A DNA stretch of 64,000 nucleotides from a virus. Position 1 is the stretch's first letter, and each line of letters opens with the position of its first letter. This document shows, in pieces, positions 26,050 to 36,079 of the stretch. The translations under genes were made by a program, and so were the position numbers. The stretch is from IMG/VR virus record IMGVR_UViG_3300042923_001201, positions 1-64,000 of that record, one strand, 5' to 3'. A model generated the notes under the pieces. It saw only the letters and a list, made by a program, of their open reading frames with translations, was not told the origin of the DNA and did no database searches.

Positions 26050-29000
26050 ATGAGCACTAATAAAACGCCTAACCTTGGTCTTCACTCTTGGGTTGAAACA
26101 GACTATGTCAAACGCGCAGAGTTCAATGAGAACTTCGCAGGTATTGATTCAGCGTTTACGCAATTTAAAGTTAGTGGCAATGTTAGAGCAGCAACAACAG
26201 CTAATATTGGCTTGTCGGGAAATCAAACTATAGATGGCGTTGCAGTTACTATAGGAAATCGCGTACTTGTTAAAAACCAAACAACTGCATCACAAAACGG
26301 TATTTATATTGTAGGCGTTCCCGCTTGGACTAGAGCTGCAGATGCAAACTCATCCATGAAAATTGAGTCAGGTATTTCTGTTTATGTAGAAGAAGGTACT
26401 GTAAATGCAAAAAGTGAATGGACGCTTACTAATACTGGCACTATAATTATTGGTAGTACAGGTCTAACATTTGAGCGTACAGGTGGTATGGCTTCCTCTA
26501 CACTTCCTGGCCTTATTTCCGCCGGAGATCAAGCTAAACTAACAGGTATTGCTGCGGGGGCGGAAGTCAACCAAAATACCTTTACAACTGTTAGGGTTGC
26601 AGGACAAGCCGATGTAGTTGCAGATGCAAAAACAGATGTACTTACAGTCGCTGCTGGTAGTGGTATTGCTTTAACTACAGATGCAGCAACTGATACAGTT
26701 ACAATTGCTACCTCTATTCCTAATGCAAGTACGTCTACTTCAGGCCTAATGTCATCTGCAGATAAAACAGAATTTGACAAAATCAAACAAGGGATGATGA
26801 GAGTTGACCTCACACAAACACTAGGACCTGGTACATCAGTTATTACAACAGATAACAATGGCAGTGAGCTAGATGTAACAGTTAACGGGAGAACACTGGT
26901 TAACTTGCTGGGCGTGCTAGGTGGAGGGGAGAGCTTAAGTAATTGGATTAACTCGGGCACCGTAACACTAGATACAGCAAAGAAGCGGAGCGGGAATGCT
27001 GGATTTAAGTTTATATCATCGAATGGTGGATCTTATTTAACAAAGGATGTTAGTTTAACGCTTGATTCAGAAAAATCATACCTATTAGGAATGTGGGTAT
27101 ATGTAGAATCATTTACACAGGTAAGTGGAGGAGCTGTAAGTCTCACATTGCGAGATTACGGAGCATCTACAATCAGGTATGGTCCATCTACAAATGCTTC
27201 GCTAACTGGACAATGGCAATTCATCTATCAAAAAATTCCGAAGAATAATACTTTAGTAGGCTCGGGATTTAGGATAATGGTAGGGCTTGTAGGAACGAGT
27301 AATGCAGTAGTATATGGGGACGAAATTCGCCTTTATGAAGTTACAGCTGCTGAGTACGACGCAATTGGTACAACAATTTCCGGGGAAGCTATTGATCAGT
27401 ATTTCCCTTATGTAGACGGCAAACAGCACGTACAGGGCGTAGCTATTACAAAGCAGGGACGGAATCTGCTGCCGGGAACACCTGATTCTATTGCAAATAC
27501 CACTGAAACAAAAGTCAATGGTCCATATGATCTTACCATGACGGCGAGTGCAAACTGGAGGTGGAATAGTTTCTTTATAGACGTTATTCCTGGGGAAGTA
27601 TATACTCTGTCTCTTGTAGGCAATGGAAGCTCAATAGTCTACGAATCAAATTCCCAAAATCAGCAGTTGAATCCTATTCTACAAAATAGTTTGACTTCAC
27701 CAAGAACCTTTACCGTACCATCAACGATAAGGCGAATAATGGTTGTGCTAACAAACGCATCAGTAGGAACATTCAACTTTTCTAAATGGCAGCTTGAGCT
27801 TGGCAGCAGTGCTACACCGTTTACCCCAGCCGAACCGCAGTCCGTTATCCTGCCTGTAACTCTCGGCCAGATCGGAGATATAAAGGACAGTGTATATAGC
27901 TCAGGTACAGAGTGGATGTACGCGGAGCGAATTAAGAAGAATGTGGTACTAGATGGGGGAATGGCTTGGAGCTACAACTCAGATTACACAGGTGCAAAAA
28001 GTGTAAAGGTAGTAGTAGGAGCAACTTTAGGCCCACGGACGTCAAACTTTAGAGTGATTAAATACGATGGGTCACAGCTAAGAAATGAGATTGTTACCCA
28101 AGGTGATCGGGCTTGGTTTGAGACCGATCTGACAACCTTTACAATCTCAATTAATGACACTGATTCGGGTTGGGCTGAAACCATAAATCCTAACAACAAC
28201 GCTGTAAAGGCCCTCATGAACGGATGGAAAGCCACGGCAAACAACGGCACAACTTACACCTCGTGGACCTCTATCTTGACGGGAAGTGCGCCAGCAACAA
28301 ATACCGAGGCATGGGTAGCAGCTAATAAAGCGCCGGGCTGGACTGGATGGGCTACACTGGATTATGTGTTGGCTTCATCCGCCACACCTGTCGTACTTCC
28401 GAAGGCTGAAGGCAGCATTACACTACACCCGGGCGGCAATCAGGTCAGTGTGGATACGGGGGTTATTCAACGGGAGAAAGTCATCCCGTATAAAAGCCCA
28501 TCGAATTTTTACAATATCAACTCACCGGATTACCCTGAATCAGCGCTAACGAGAAGGACGGCTAAAATATTGACTGTCTGCAAAGGTGCTGATGCAGACA
28601 ATAAATGGACATTACAATTACAAAATGCAACTGCTATGAAGGCTTTTGTAACTGCGGCGGACTTTGACACGGAGGCTACGTATTATGTCACCTATATAGC
28701 TCTAGACAAATACGCCCTTACCGCTAATGCTATAGAGACAGCCGCATCCTGGCACACAGGTCTGAGCGGTGTGGTCTCTGATCTGGTGCAGACTGCGGCA
28801 GAGTTGCGGCAAGAGAATGACCGGCAGGACTTTGCAGATGATTATATCGAAGCTAAGATTGATAATTTAAAAGTTGATTTAACAAACGGAACACTGATTC
28901 CTACAACAATGCAAAAGTATAAACTCACAGAGGACACTGGTTTTGGTAAGACAGTGCCATCTACTGACTTTAACGCTATTTTAAGTCCTGGTGAATATAT

Positions 29001-30420
29001 TTTGTCGGGCTCCACAATGACAAACGGTCCTATAACTACACCTTCCGGTTATCTTAGAGTTAGAGCTATTGATGCAACAAATATCATTCAGGAGATAGTT
29101 TTAACACCAACGTTTGTATCGTGGGCAAGACGAATGAATGCCGGGACCTGGAATACTTGGACTAAATCATGGAATGAAAATAATGATGGTCCTGGTAGTG
29201 GGTTGAATGCAGACACGCTCGATGATCTTCACGCCGATTCAGTTGCAAATGGTAGTACTATTGTCGCGCGGGAAGCCAATGGCGGGATAAATGCAACAGT
29301 GGTTAAATATGGAAATGGAAGCACTGCAGTGGGAGCGTTAAACTACAGCGCTGGAGTTGTTACGTTGGAAGCACAATCTGCTAATACAAGCATATTAATT
29401 AAGCCAATGGGGTCAGGAACCATTACCCTTGGCAATGAATCGCAGAACACGCTTATTTTAAATCAATCTATGTTTGATTATCGTCTACCAACTGGGGGAA
29501 CAGGTGGATATGCAAGAGGTTTCTTATTCAAGAATGTAGATGGAAGCACCGGATATGGCGGCACGGGAATATACGGGCAGAGCGCGGCGGGAGTAGCTAC
29601 GATTGAGAACATGTATATGGCCCATGGAGCTAGTCCTTGGTCAAGTGGATTGGGAATATATATAAAACCTAACGGGACGACAGGAGTAGGAATCGTTTCT
29701 CCAGAAGAAAGACTACATGTCCACGGAAACGTACTGATAACCCATTCAACAGCTCCTCAATTAAAGATGCGGGAACAAGATCAAGCTGTTGACGAAAAGA
29801 ACTGGGCTTTCCTTGTAGACGCAAAAGGATTCAGAGTGAGAGTATTGAACGATGCTGAGACAGCATACAGTGAACCTCTCGTTATTCAACGTGGAACAGG
29901 AACTGCTGTAACAGGGATTACTGTTGGTGCACCTTTAACTGTGTCAAGTCTAATTACAAGTTCTACTGCAAAGGTAAATAATTTGCATGTAGACCAACTT
30001 GATGGAGCTCATGCAGATAGTGCTGCAACAGCAAGTACTATTCCTATCCGTGATGCAAATAAAAAAATTGCAGAAGTTGCATCAAACCGTGCAGTTGCCA
30101 AGGATGTTCAACTTACAACCACTTCAAATACTACTATAGCTACATTTACACCTACAACAAAGGCAATGTGCACTGTAAAAATATATTTAAGATGTGCAGC
30201 TGCACGAAATGTAACAATTGTAGTAAACTATGCAGATGGAGATGGTACCCCAGTTGCACAAACTCGAGTAGTATTACCATCTAGTGACATGGCAATAGGA
30301 TCATACGACTTTATTCCAGTAACACTACTTAGTAATGCTAATACTGCAATCAGTGTAGTTGCATCAACTACAACAGCAAGTAACGTATTTGTATCTGCTG
30401 TAATTACAGAGGAGGGCTAA
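26050..30420 (+). CDS. long mosaic tail fibre/receptor-binding protein
   Basis: KTPNLGLH.W anchor, VRAATTANI.LSG.QTIDGV..RVLVKNQ module, carbohydrate-binding-like domains (QLELGS.ATPF), NDG.GSGLNAD.LD repeats. Confidence 0.85.
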   Translation: MSTNKTPNLGLHSWVETDYVKRAEFNENFAGIDSAFTQFKVSGNVRAATTANIGLSGNQTIDGVAVTIGNRVLVKNQTTASQNGIYIVGVPAWTRAADANSSMKIESGISVYVEEGTVNAKSEWTLTNTGTIIIGSTGLTFERTGGMASSTLPGLISAGDQAKLTGIAAGAEVNQNTFTTVRVAGQADVVADAKTDVLTVAAGSGIALTTDAATDTVTIATSIPNASTSTSGLMSSADKTEFDKIKQGMMRVDLTQTLGPGTSVITTDNNGSELDVTVNGRTLVNLLGVLGGGESLSNWINSGTVTLDTAKKRSGNAGFKFISSNGGSYLTKDVSLTLDSEKSYLLGMWVYVESFTQVSGGAVSLTLRDYGASTIRYGPSTNASLTGQWQFIYQKIPKNNTLVGSGFRIMVGLVGTSNAVVYGDEIRLYEVTAAEYDAIGTTISGEAIDQYFPYVDGKQHVQGVAITKQGRNLLPGTPDSIANTTETKVNGPYDLTMTASANWRWNSFFIDVIPGEVYTLSLVGNGSSIVYESNSQNQQLNPILQNSLTSPRTFTVPSTIRRIMVVLTNASVGTFNFSKWQLELGSSATPFTPAEPQSVILPVTLGQIGDIKDSVYSSGTEWMYAERIKKNVVLDGGMAWSYNSDYTGAKSVKVVVGATLGPRTSNFRVIKYDGSQLRNEIVTQGDRAWFETDLTTFTISINDTDSGWAETINPNNNAVKALMNGWKATANNGTTYTSWTSILTGSAPATNTEAWVAANKAPGWTGWATLDYVLASSATPVVLPKAEGSITLHPGGNQVSVDTGVIQREKVIPYKSPSNFYNINSPDYPESALTRRTAKILTVCKGADADNKWTLQLQNATAMKAFVTAADFDTEATYYVTYIALDKYALTANAIETAASWHTGLSGVVSDLVQTAAELRQENDRQDFADDYIEAKIDNLKVDLTNGTLIPTTMQKYKLTEDTGFGKTVPSTDFNAILSPGEYILSGSTMTNGPITTPSGYLRVRAIDATNIIQEIVLTPTFVSWARRMNAGTWNTWTKSWNENNDGPGSGLNADTLDDLHADSVANGSTIVAREANGGINATVVKYGNGSTAVGALNYSAGVVTLEAQSANTSILIKPMGSGTITLGNESQNTLILNQSMFDYRLPTGGTGGYARGFLFKNVDGSTGYGGTGIYGQSAAGVATIENMYMAHGASPWSSGLGIYIKPNGTTGVGIVSPEERLHVHGNVLITHSTAPQLKMREQDQAVDEKNWAFLVDAKGFRVRVLNDAETAYSEPLVIQRGTGTAVTGITVGAPLTVSSLITSSTAKVNNLHVDQLDGAHADSAATASTIPIRDANKKIAEVASNRAVAKDVQLTTTSNTTIATFTPTTKAMCTVKIYLRCAAARNVTIVVNYADGDGTPVAQTRVVLPSSDMAIGSYDFIPVTLLSNANTAISVVASTTTASNVFVSAVITEEG

Positions 30421-30421
30421 A

Positions 30422-31357
30422 ATGAGTTTATATCTACCAGGAACTGCAGACCCAGCTGATGTATTGGCTGGGAAACGCTTTAGTTCAAAAAGTAAATACA
30501 ATGAACCAGGAACAATGGTAAATAATGGTGCAGGTGGAACAGTAACTCCATCTGCATCTGCTCAAACTAAACCTGCAGGTTACTATTCTTCAGCTATTAC
30601 TGTAGCTGCTGTACCAGTTCCAGCAGCTAACGTTCTTTCAGGAACTACAATTGCAGGGACAGCTGGTACAATGCCTGATAATCGCGGTGTGGCTAAGGAC
30701 GCTGTAGGAACGACGCTTTATGCTGATGGAAATCTATTTTTAAACACACCGGAAGGATACTACAATCCAACATCGTCTATCCGTTCTTATGAGGCTAATC
30801 TTGCTAATACGGCTAACTGGCGAGCTGATAGAGCTATTTTCGGGCGTGCCGGCACCCTACCTATTATTTCTGCGGCTGATGATGTAGCTCAAGGCGTGGC
30901 AATATGGCCAAACAGAGATTTAGCAGTCTATCCTAGAGAAGGGTACCGAAAGGGTGGTGCGGGAGCGGGAGAAATTAAGGTAACAAGTGCTCAGATGCAG
31001 TCCGTTGAGGGTAATTTAAGGTCACATAATATACGGAATGGTGTTAATATATTCGGTGTAGTTGGCTCAATGATTGAAGGAAAACGAACGGACTTTGGGT
31101 GGATTAGAGTTGATAACTACGGCGTCCAATCAGGATGGGTGGTTCTTGCTTGGAGACCAAGAATTATTGTTATATTAAAAGCAAATAATGAAAGTCCGTA
31201 TACTACAGCTGTTCTAATTGAAGATTATGGAGTAAACTTTTCAACATATTTTAATCCGCCCATATTGAATGCAATTGTAAGAGATGCGGGAAATGGTTTT
31301 GCCATCGCAGGAAATGCGATGGGGCCGGGGGACTACAGATACTTCGCGTCAGAATAA
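30422..31357 (+). CDS. second tail fibre/fibre-associated protein
   Basis: GTA.PADVLAGK.F, GTM.NNG and NIR.GVNIFGV.G repeats. Confidence 0.7.
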   Translation: MSLYLPGTADPADVLAGKRFSSKSKYNEPGTMVNNGAGGTVTPSASAQTKPAGYYSSAITVAAVPVPAANVLSGTTIAGTAGTMPDNRGVAKDAVGTTLYADGNLFLNTPEGYYNPTSSIRSYEANLANTANWRADRAIFGRAGTLPIISAADDVAQGVAIWPNRDLAVYPREGYRKGGAGAGEIKVTSAQMQSVEGNLRSHNIRNGVNIFGVVGSMIEGKRTDFGWIRVDNYGVQSGWVVLAWRPRIIVILKANNESPYTTAVLIEDYGVNFSTYFNPPILNAIVRDAGNGFAIAGNAMGPGDYRYFASE

Positions 31358-31426
31358 CACCACAGATTAAACATTTATAGACCCTGGGCTATTTTATCTA
31401 GGGTCTTCCTAAATAGGAGTGATACG

Positions 31427-31678
31427 ATGGAACAGGGCATAATGGACATGCTTTTCAATAGAGAGACAGTATTCTTCGCCTTATTCTTGTACTTATTTTA
31501 TACGCAACTACAAGAAAAGAAAGAGCAGAACACTTTCCTTTTAAAACAACAAGGGATATTAAGTGACCTCACAAACTCTTTTGAAAAGATGGCTCAGAAC
31601 CAAGAAAAACTAACTGAGCGCATTGAAAGAATAGAAATAACGCTTGATAAAAATGGGGAGGGTTCAAAAAATGAGTAA
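31427..31678 (+). CDS. BhlA/UviB-like holin
   Basis: N-terminal TM (VFFALFLYLFY) followed by a coiled coil. Confidence 0.75.
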   Translation: MEQGIMDMLFNRETVFFALFLYLFYTQLQEKKEQNTFLLKQQGILSDLTNSFEKMAQNQEKLTERIERIEITLDKNGEGSKNE

Positions 31679-31862
31679 ATTTAAAAATTATGGTCTTTGG
31701 GTTGCCGTCGCTGCATTTATTGGTTTGATTCTTCAAGACGCAGGTGTGATTGTTACTCCTGAAAAGTTTCAAGGTTATGTTGATATTATCCTTAACATTC
31801 TTGTACTTGCAGGTATCATTAGCAATCCATCAGTAGGAAAAGGTTTTACAGATAAAAAGTAA
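31671..31862 (+). CDS. holin (two TM segments)
   Basis: KFKNYGLWVAV...ILVLAGIISNP..GKG..D. Confidence 0.85.
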   Translation: MSKFKNYGLWVAVAAFIGLILQDAGVIVTPEKFQGYVDIILNILVLAGIISNPSVGKGFTDKK

Positions 31863-31916
31863 ATACAATGAGGCTGGAACTATAGTGGTTTCAGTCTCTC
31901 CTAAGGGGAGAAAACA

Positions 31917-32507
31917 ATGAGATACGATAAAAGAAACCGTGCAACTCTTGACGAACTTGCTCCTAATACCCGTGCAGCTGCACTTAAATGGTACGAATAC
32001 TGTGTAAAGAATAATGTTGAAATATTAATAACTGACGGTATACGAACCATTGAAGAACAGAAAGCAAATGTTGCCCGGGGCGCATCTAAAACAATGAAGT
32101 CTTATCACTTGGTCGGTCAAGCATTTGACTTTGTACCGCTAGACTCAAAAGGTAATCCTATGTGGGTTGTCGCAAAGTACTCTACAGATCCTTGGTTTGG
32201 TGCAGTTAAATATGCAATTGAACTAGGATTTGAGTGGGGTGGAGCGTGGAAATCGTTTATTGATGCGCCTCATATGCAGTTTAACTACAAAGGTTACGGC
32301 ACTGACAAAGTATTGGATAAAGCTCCAACTGAAACTAAATACGATTCGGGAGTGAAAGGTTATATGATCAAACAGGGTGACGCTGAACAAGTGATCAAGA
32401 TTCTTAGTGACTATTGGTTCCGCATGCAAGGTAATAAACCTGTCCAAGATTACACTCACTACCTTGCCAATGAGATCCGTAAGGCTGCAGGTATTGAAGT
32501 AAAATAA
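31917..32507 (+). CDS. endolysin, M15-family L-Ala-D-Glu peptidase
   Basis: RT.EEQ, SYHLVGQAFD (SxHxxxxAxD), EWGG.W..F.DAPH; C-terminal helical domain HYLANEIRKAAG. Confidence 0.92.
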   Translation: MRYDKRNRATLDELAPNTRAAALKWYEYCVKNNVEILITDGIRTIEEQKANVARGASKTMKSYHLVGQAFDFVPLDSKGNPMWVVAKYSTDPWFGAVKYAIELGFEWGGAWKSFIDAPHMQFNYKGYGTDKVLDKAPTETKYDSGVKGYMIKQGDAEQVIKILSDYWFRMQGNKPVQDYTHYLANEIRKAAGIEVK

Positions 32508-32549
32508 AAATAGAGAGGAGGGTTATCCCTCCTTTATAGGAGGATTATT

Positions 32550-33524
32550 ATGTCAAAAAGACTAAGGGTTTTCAATGAAGAAACATGGGCAAAAGTACAC
32601 GAAGATAATAAACAAATACTTGAAGATTATGTACTCGAATTACAATCAAAAAAGAAAAGCTCTGGAACAATTTATCAATATTCTGCAGATATTAAAATGT
32701 TTTTATGTTGGGTTCATGACAATTTGAAAAATGCGCCTATTTTAGAGTTAAAGAAACGTGACTTCCGAAGATTCTTTCTATTCCTTCAAGAAAAGTCTCC
32801 CGCGCGAATTAATAGAGTTCAATGCTCAATAAGAAACCTACTAGAATTTTGCACACAGGATGACGATTTATATGAAGAATATGAAATAAATATAATGAGA
32901 TCAGTTAAAGGTTTGGAAAAGGAAAAAGTAAGAGAAATACACTTTTTGTCAAATGATCAAATTGAACTAATTATTAATGACCTTTTAGCAAAAAAACAAT
33001 ATCAACGCGCCTTATATCTAGCCTTATCATATGAAAGCGCGGGACGTAGAGCTGAACTTCATCAAGTTTTAAAGACTAATTTCTTAAATGACAACAAGAC
33101 AAATATTGTAACAGGTAAGCGTGGTAAAAAGTTTGCGCTTAGATACTTTGGCAAATCAAAAGAAATTGCTGAATTATATTTCACTCAACGTGGCGAAGAT
33201 GATGTTGAATCTCTTTGGGTTGTTGGTGAACCTGGTGAAAGAAAAGCAGCTTCATATGAAACTCTATACAATTGGACGATGGGATTCAGAAAGATTTTGT
33301 TCGATTTAACTGAGGAAAATATTGATTTCAACCCCCACTCTCTCCGACACTCTTCATTGGAAAATTATGCACAAGGGACACATTATGTTCTAAGGGAGAT
33401 GGGCAAAGATAAATTAGATATTAAAGTATTGAAAGTATTAGCGAATCACTCAGATATTTCCACCACGGAATCATATCTTAAAGATAGAGACCAAGAGATT
33501 CTTAATGAGGCGTTCGGTATTTAA
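32550..33524 (+). CDS. tyrosine recombinase/integrase
   Basis: SAGRRAE, GKRGK, PHSLRH, LANHSD..TTESY; catalytic set intact. Confidence 0.9.
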   Translation: MSKRLRVFNEETWAKVHEDNKQILEDYVLELQSKKKSSGTIYQYSADIKMFLCWVHDNLKNAPILELKKRDFRRFFLFLQEKSPARINRVQCSIRNLLEFCTQDDDLYEEYEINIMRSVKGLEKEKVREIHFLSNDQIELIINDLLAKKQYQRALYLALSYESAGRRAELHQVLKTNFLNDNKTNIVTGKRGKKFALRYFGKSKEIAELYFTQRGEDDVESLWVVGEPGERKAASYETLYNWTMGFRKILFDLTEENIDFNPHSLRHSSLENYAQGTHYVLREMGKDKLDIKVLKVLANHSDISTTESYLKDRDQEILNEAFGI

Positions 33525-33563
33525 GGATGCCTCAATTTATATAATCCGAGGAGGAATTGTTTA

Positions 33564-35018
33564 ATGAGTGACACAAAAGTATTATGGGATTTATTGAACA
33601 AAGCATCGAGAATGGTTACAGATCAGACCTGGCGAGATGAATTTAATGCATTGATTAGAGCTCCTATTAATCCACTTGCTGGTGCAAAAACAAGAGCAGT
33701 ATTGGATTTGTTTTACAGCTATCGAGGCAATCGAATTGTAACAGGACAACATGAATATATTGAAACTCCTTATCAATATACAAATCACTTACGTGATAGA
33801 GTAGCCCTACAACCGTTGATAAAGGGTTTTGAGATTGGTCATTTTTCAGGACAGTCTGCAGCAACTATTCATGCTCAACGCTCTGAAGTTGCAAATGCTG
33901 CTAATAACTGGATAAAAAACGAAAAAGGTATTGCTACGATTACCTATCATCCAGCTTATCCAGGATCCGCACCTACATGGGCAAACGTTCAGCGAAATAC
34001 AACACAAGCAGAATTTGACCAAATTGTTACACCTGGAACTACATTACACACAGCTCTAATCGCAGAACTTGATCTTGTCGCAACTTATTTGATTCGTATG
34101 AGAGACAATGGAACCCCTATTCTTTGGCGACCTTATCATGAAATGAATGGTGGTTGGTTTTGGTGGGGCAATAAGAATAACTTTGCACAGCTATGGGAAA
34201 TTATGTATGATCGCTTTGTCAATTTTCATGGATTGCATAATCTGCTATGGGTATGGTCACCAAATGCAGAAAACCAATGGACAACTCCTATGAAGAATTA
34301 TTACCCAGGTCATTGGAGAGTAGATATTCTTGCTCAAGATATTTACAATTGGGATTTTAAACAAGAATATTATGATTCAATTCAAGATCTTGCTCAAGGT
34401 AAACTTACATTTATCGGCGAATGTGGCGAAATGCCTAATATTGACATCTTGCAATCTACACAACCGCTTTATACTGCGTTCATGACTTGGGGTAAAATGC
34501 TTTGGGAAAATAATACAGAAGATAAAGTCAGAACTGTATATAATCATCAATTCACTAGGAAGCTTGTTGATCCTGTTGTAGTTATTCCTGACCCAATTGG
34601 TGATGGACTGAACGGCAAATATTACAGCGGACGCAACTTTGAAACTCTTATATTTGAGCGTATTGACCCAACAATTAATTTTGATTGGACTGGCGGGCGA
34701 GTTAATTCATCTATGCCAACTGATAACTTCTCAATTCGTTGGACGGGTTATTTGATGCCAAAATCGACTGAAACATATACAATCTTTACTCAATCTGATG
34801 ATGGGGCGAGAGTATATATTGACGGAGTGCTTGTAACAAACAAATGGGTTAATGGCTCTGCAACGGCCCAAGGCAATATTAATTTGGTTAAGGGCCAAAA
34901 ATATGAAATAGTTGTAGAGTATTATGATTCTGAATCAAATGCTAAAATCAACGTTTCATGGCAGACTCCTACAATTGCAAAAGAGATTATTCCTCAAGAA
35001 AAACTGTTTACTGTGTAA
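33564..35018 (+). CDS. GH26 glycoside hydrolase (beta-mannanase-like) fused to a PA14 domain
   Basis: ILWRPYHEMNGGWFWWG, HNLLWVWSPN, YYPG..VDI...DIY, IGECG; PA14 FSIRWTG...SDDG. Confidence 0.9.
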   Translation: MSDTKVLWDLLNKASRMVTDQTWRDEFNALIRAPINPLAGAKTRAVLDLFYSYRGNRIVTGQHEYIETPYQYTNHLRDRVALQPLIKGFEIGHFSGQSAATIHAQRSEVANAANNWIKNEKGIATITYHPAYPGSAPTWANVQRNTTQAEFDQIVTPGTTLHTALIAELDLVATYLIRMRDNGTPILWRPYHEMNGGWFWWGNKNNFAQLWEIMYDRFVNFHGLHNLLWVWSPNAENQWTTPMKNYYPGHWRVDILAQDIYNWDFKQEYYDSIQDLAQGKLTFIGECGEMPNIDILQSTQPLYTAFMTWGKMLWENNTEDKVRTVYNHQFTRKLVDPVVVIPDPIGDGLNGKYYSGRNFETLIFERIDPTINFDWTGGRVNSSMPTDNFSIRWTGYLMPKSTETYTIFTQSDDGARVYIDGVLVTNKWVNGSATAQGNINLVKGQKYEIVVEYYDSESNAKINVSWQTPTIAKEIIPQEKLFTV

Positions 35019-35026
35019 AATAAAAC

Positions 35027-35055
35027 AAGAGAGGGGAAGCTTCCCTCTCTCATTT
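35027..35055. terminator. terminator at the convergence of the two transcription blocks
   Basis: GAGAGGGG-AAGCT-TCCCTCTC hairpin between convergent genes. Confidence 0.65.
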
Positions 35056-35060
35056 CAACC

Positions 35061-35402
35061 TTAGTGGAGTTGCTGATTTGGTTCAGGAACAATAGGTGCA
35101 TTAGCATAAGACTCAGCGCTTGTCCGAGAAATTTCTTCCTGCATGTCCTGTACATACGAATTTAAATCAAGATTGGATTGGGAAGGATCTTGCTGTGCCA
35201 AGTACTTTTCACCCATCTCGATCAAACGTTTCGTCATTGTACCGCCTATCAAACCGTGAAGCCGAGCTGGTAGAGCGCCTTTGTCGATTTTATCATAATT
35301 CTGTACTCCTAGTTCAGCAGCAATTTCATTCTTGAACTTCGAAAGAAATTGATCAGCACCGGGCACTACGAGACTATTACGATTTCCTCTTCCTTTGGCC
35401 AT
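35061..35402 (-). CDS. alpha/beta-type small acid-soluble spore protein with C-terminal extension
   Basis: N.LVVPGA...L.KFK.EIAAELGV...G.L.AR..G.IGG.MTKRLIEM.E; start at the ATG after GGGAGTGG. Confidence 0.9.
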   Translation of the reverse strand: MAKGRGNRNSLVVPGADQFLSKFKNEIAAELGVQNYDKIDKGALPARLHGLIGGTMTKRLIEMGEKYLAQQDPSQSNLDLNSYVQDMQEEISRTSAESYANAPIVPEPNQQLH

Positions 35403-35540
35403 TCTTACCACTCCCTTAGGTTTTTGGTAACAATCTATACCTAAAGGTGGCGCGAACAATCCACCACTAGGTCGATTGTTACATTTATATTATTGACAAA
35501 TGAATGCTCTTGTATACACTATTTTGAAACCAATTCATGA

Positions 35541-35819
35541 TTATGCCGTGAGTTTTTCAAATTTACTACCCTTCTTTTTATATATGGTAACTATTGCTGA
35601 TTCCTTAGTAATTATTATCCATTTCCCCGAAGTCCAAATTTCTGCCATCTTATCTCTTTTTTCATAACAAACAAAGGTTGCCTTTTCCATCATTTTAAGT
35701 ATTTCTTCCATTGCTTCGTTGTAAGTGTTTATAAACTTGTTTCTTTCCACGAATTGCTTTACTACGTGATAGCTACATCCCCAAACCTTACCTATCTTCT
35801 TCTCACAAATCATTCCCAT
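35541..35819 (-). CDS. hypothetical protein, possible RelE/DUF4258-like RNase fold
   Basis: S.H...F.ER...IVTIY pattern. Confidence 0.5.
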   Translation of the reverse strand: MGMICEKKIGKVWGCSYHVVKQFVERNKFINTYNEAMEEILKMMEKATFVCYEKRDKMAEIWTSGKWIIITKESAIVTIYKKKGSKFEKLTA

Positions 35820-35920
35820 GTCATTCTATCCTCCATTTGTATTAGTTTATAATTAATTATATCATATTTACATTTATTTGTATATAGAAAAAAAGAGGAG
35901 ATTAGAATCTCCCCAATTTG

Positions 35921-36079
35921 TTAATAGTTAAAGACCTTGATTACGTTTTGAAATATAAGCGGCTGTCCATGAGGAACAACTAAAATTCCTCGATGAAATT
36001 CACTTTGATAAACGTCAACCTTAAACCCAAATTCGAAGAATAATTCGGCCTGAAGTTGTTTTAATTGTTCATCGTTCAT
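35921..36079 (-). CDS. hypothetical protein, 52 aa
   Basis: Translated by hand (MNDEQLKQLQAELFFEFG...); ATGA overlap with the upstream gene. Confidence 0.5.
   Translation of the reverse strand: MNDEQLKQLQAELFFEFGFKVDVYQSEFHRGILVVPHGQPLIFQNVIKVFNY

Noticed and set aside
26050-31357. Diversity-generating retroelement or invertible fibre cassette
   Set aside because: No reverse transcriptase, template/variable repeat pair or inverted fibre copies seen in the window.
35403-35490. SigG/SigF promoter for the SASP gene
   Set aside because: No convincing consensus match found by eye.
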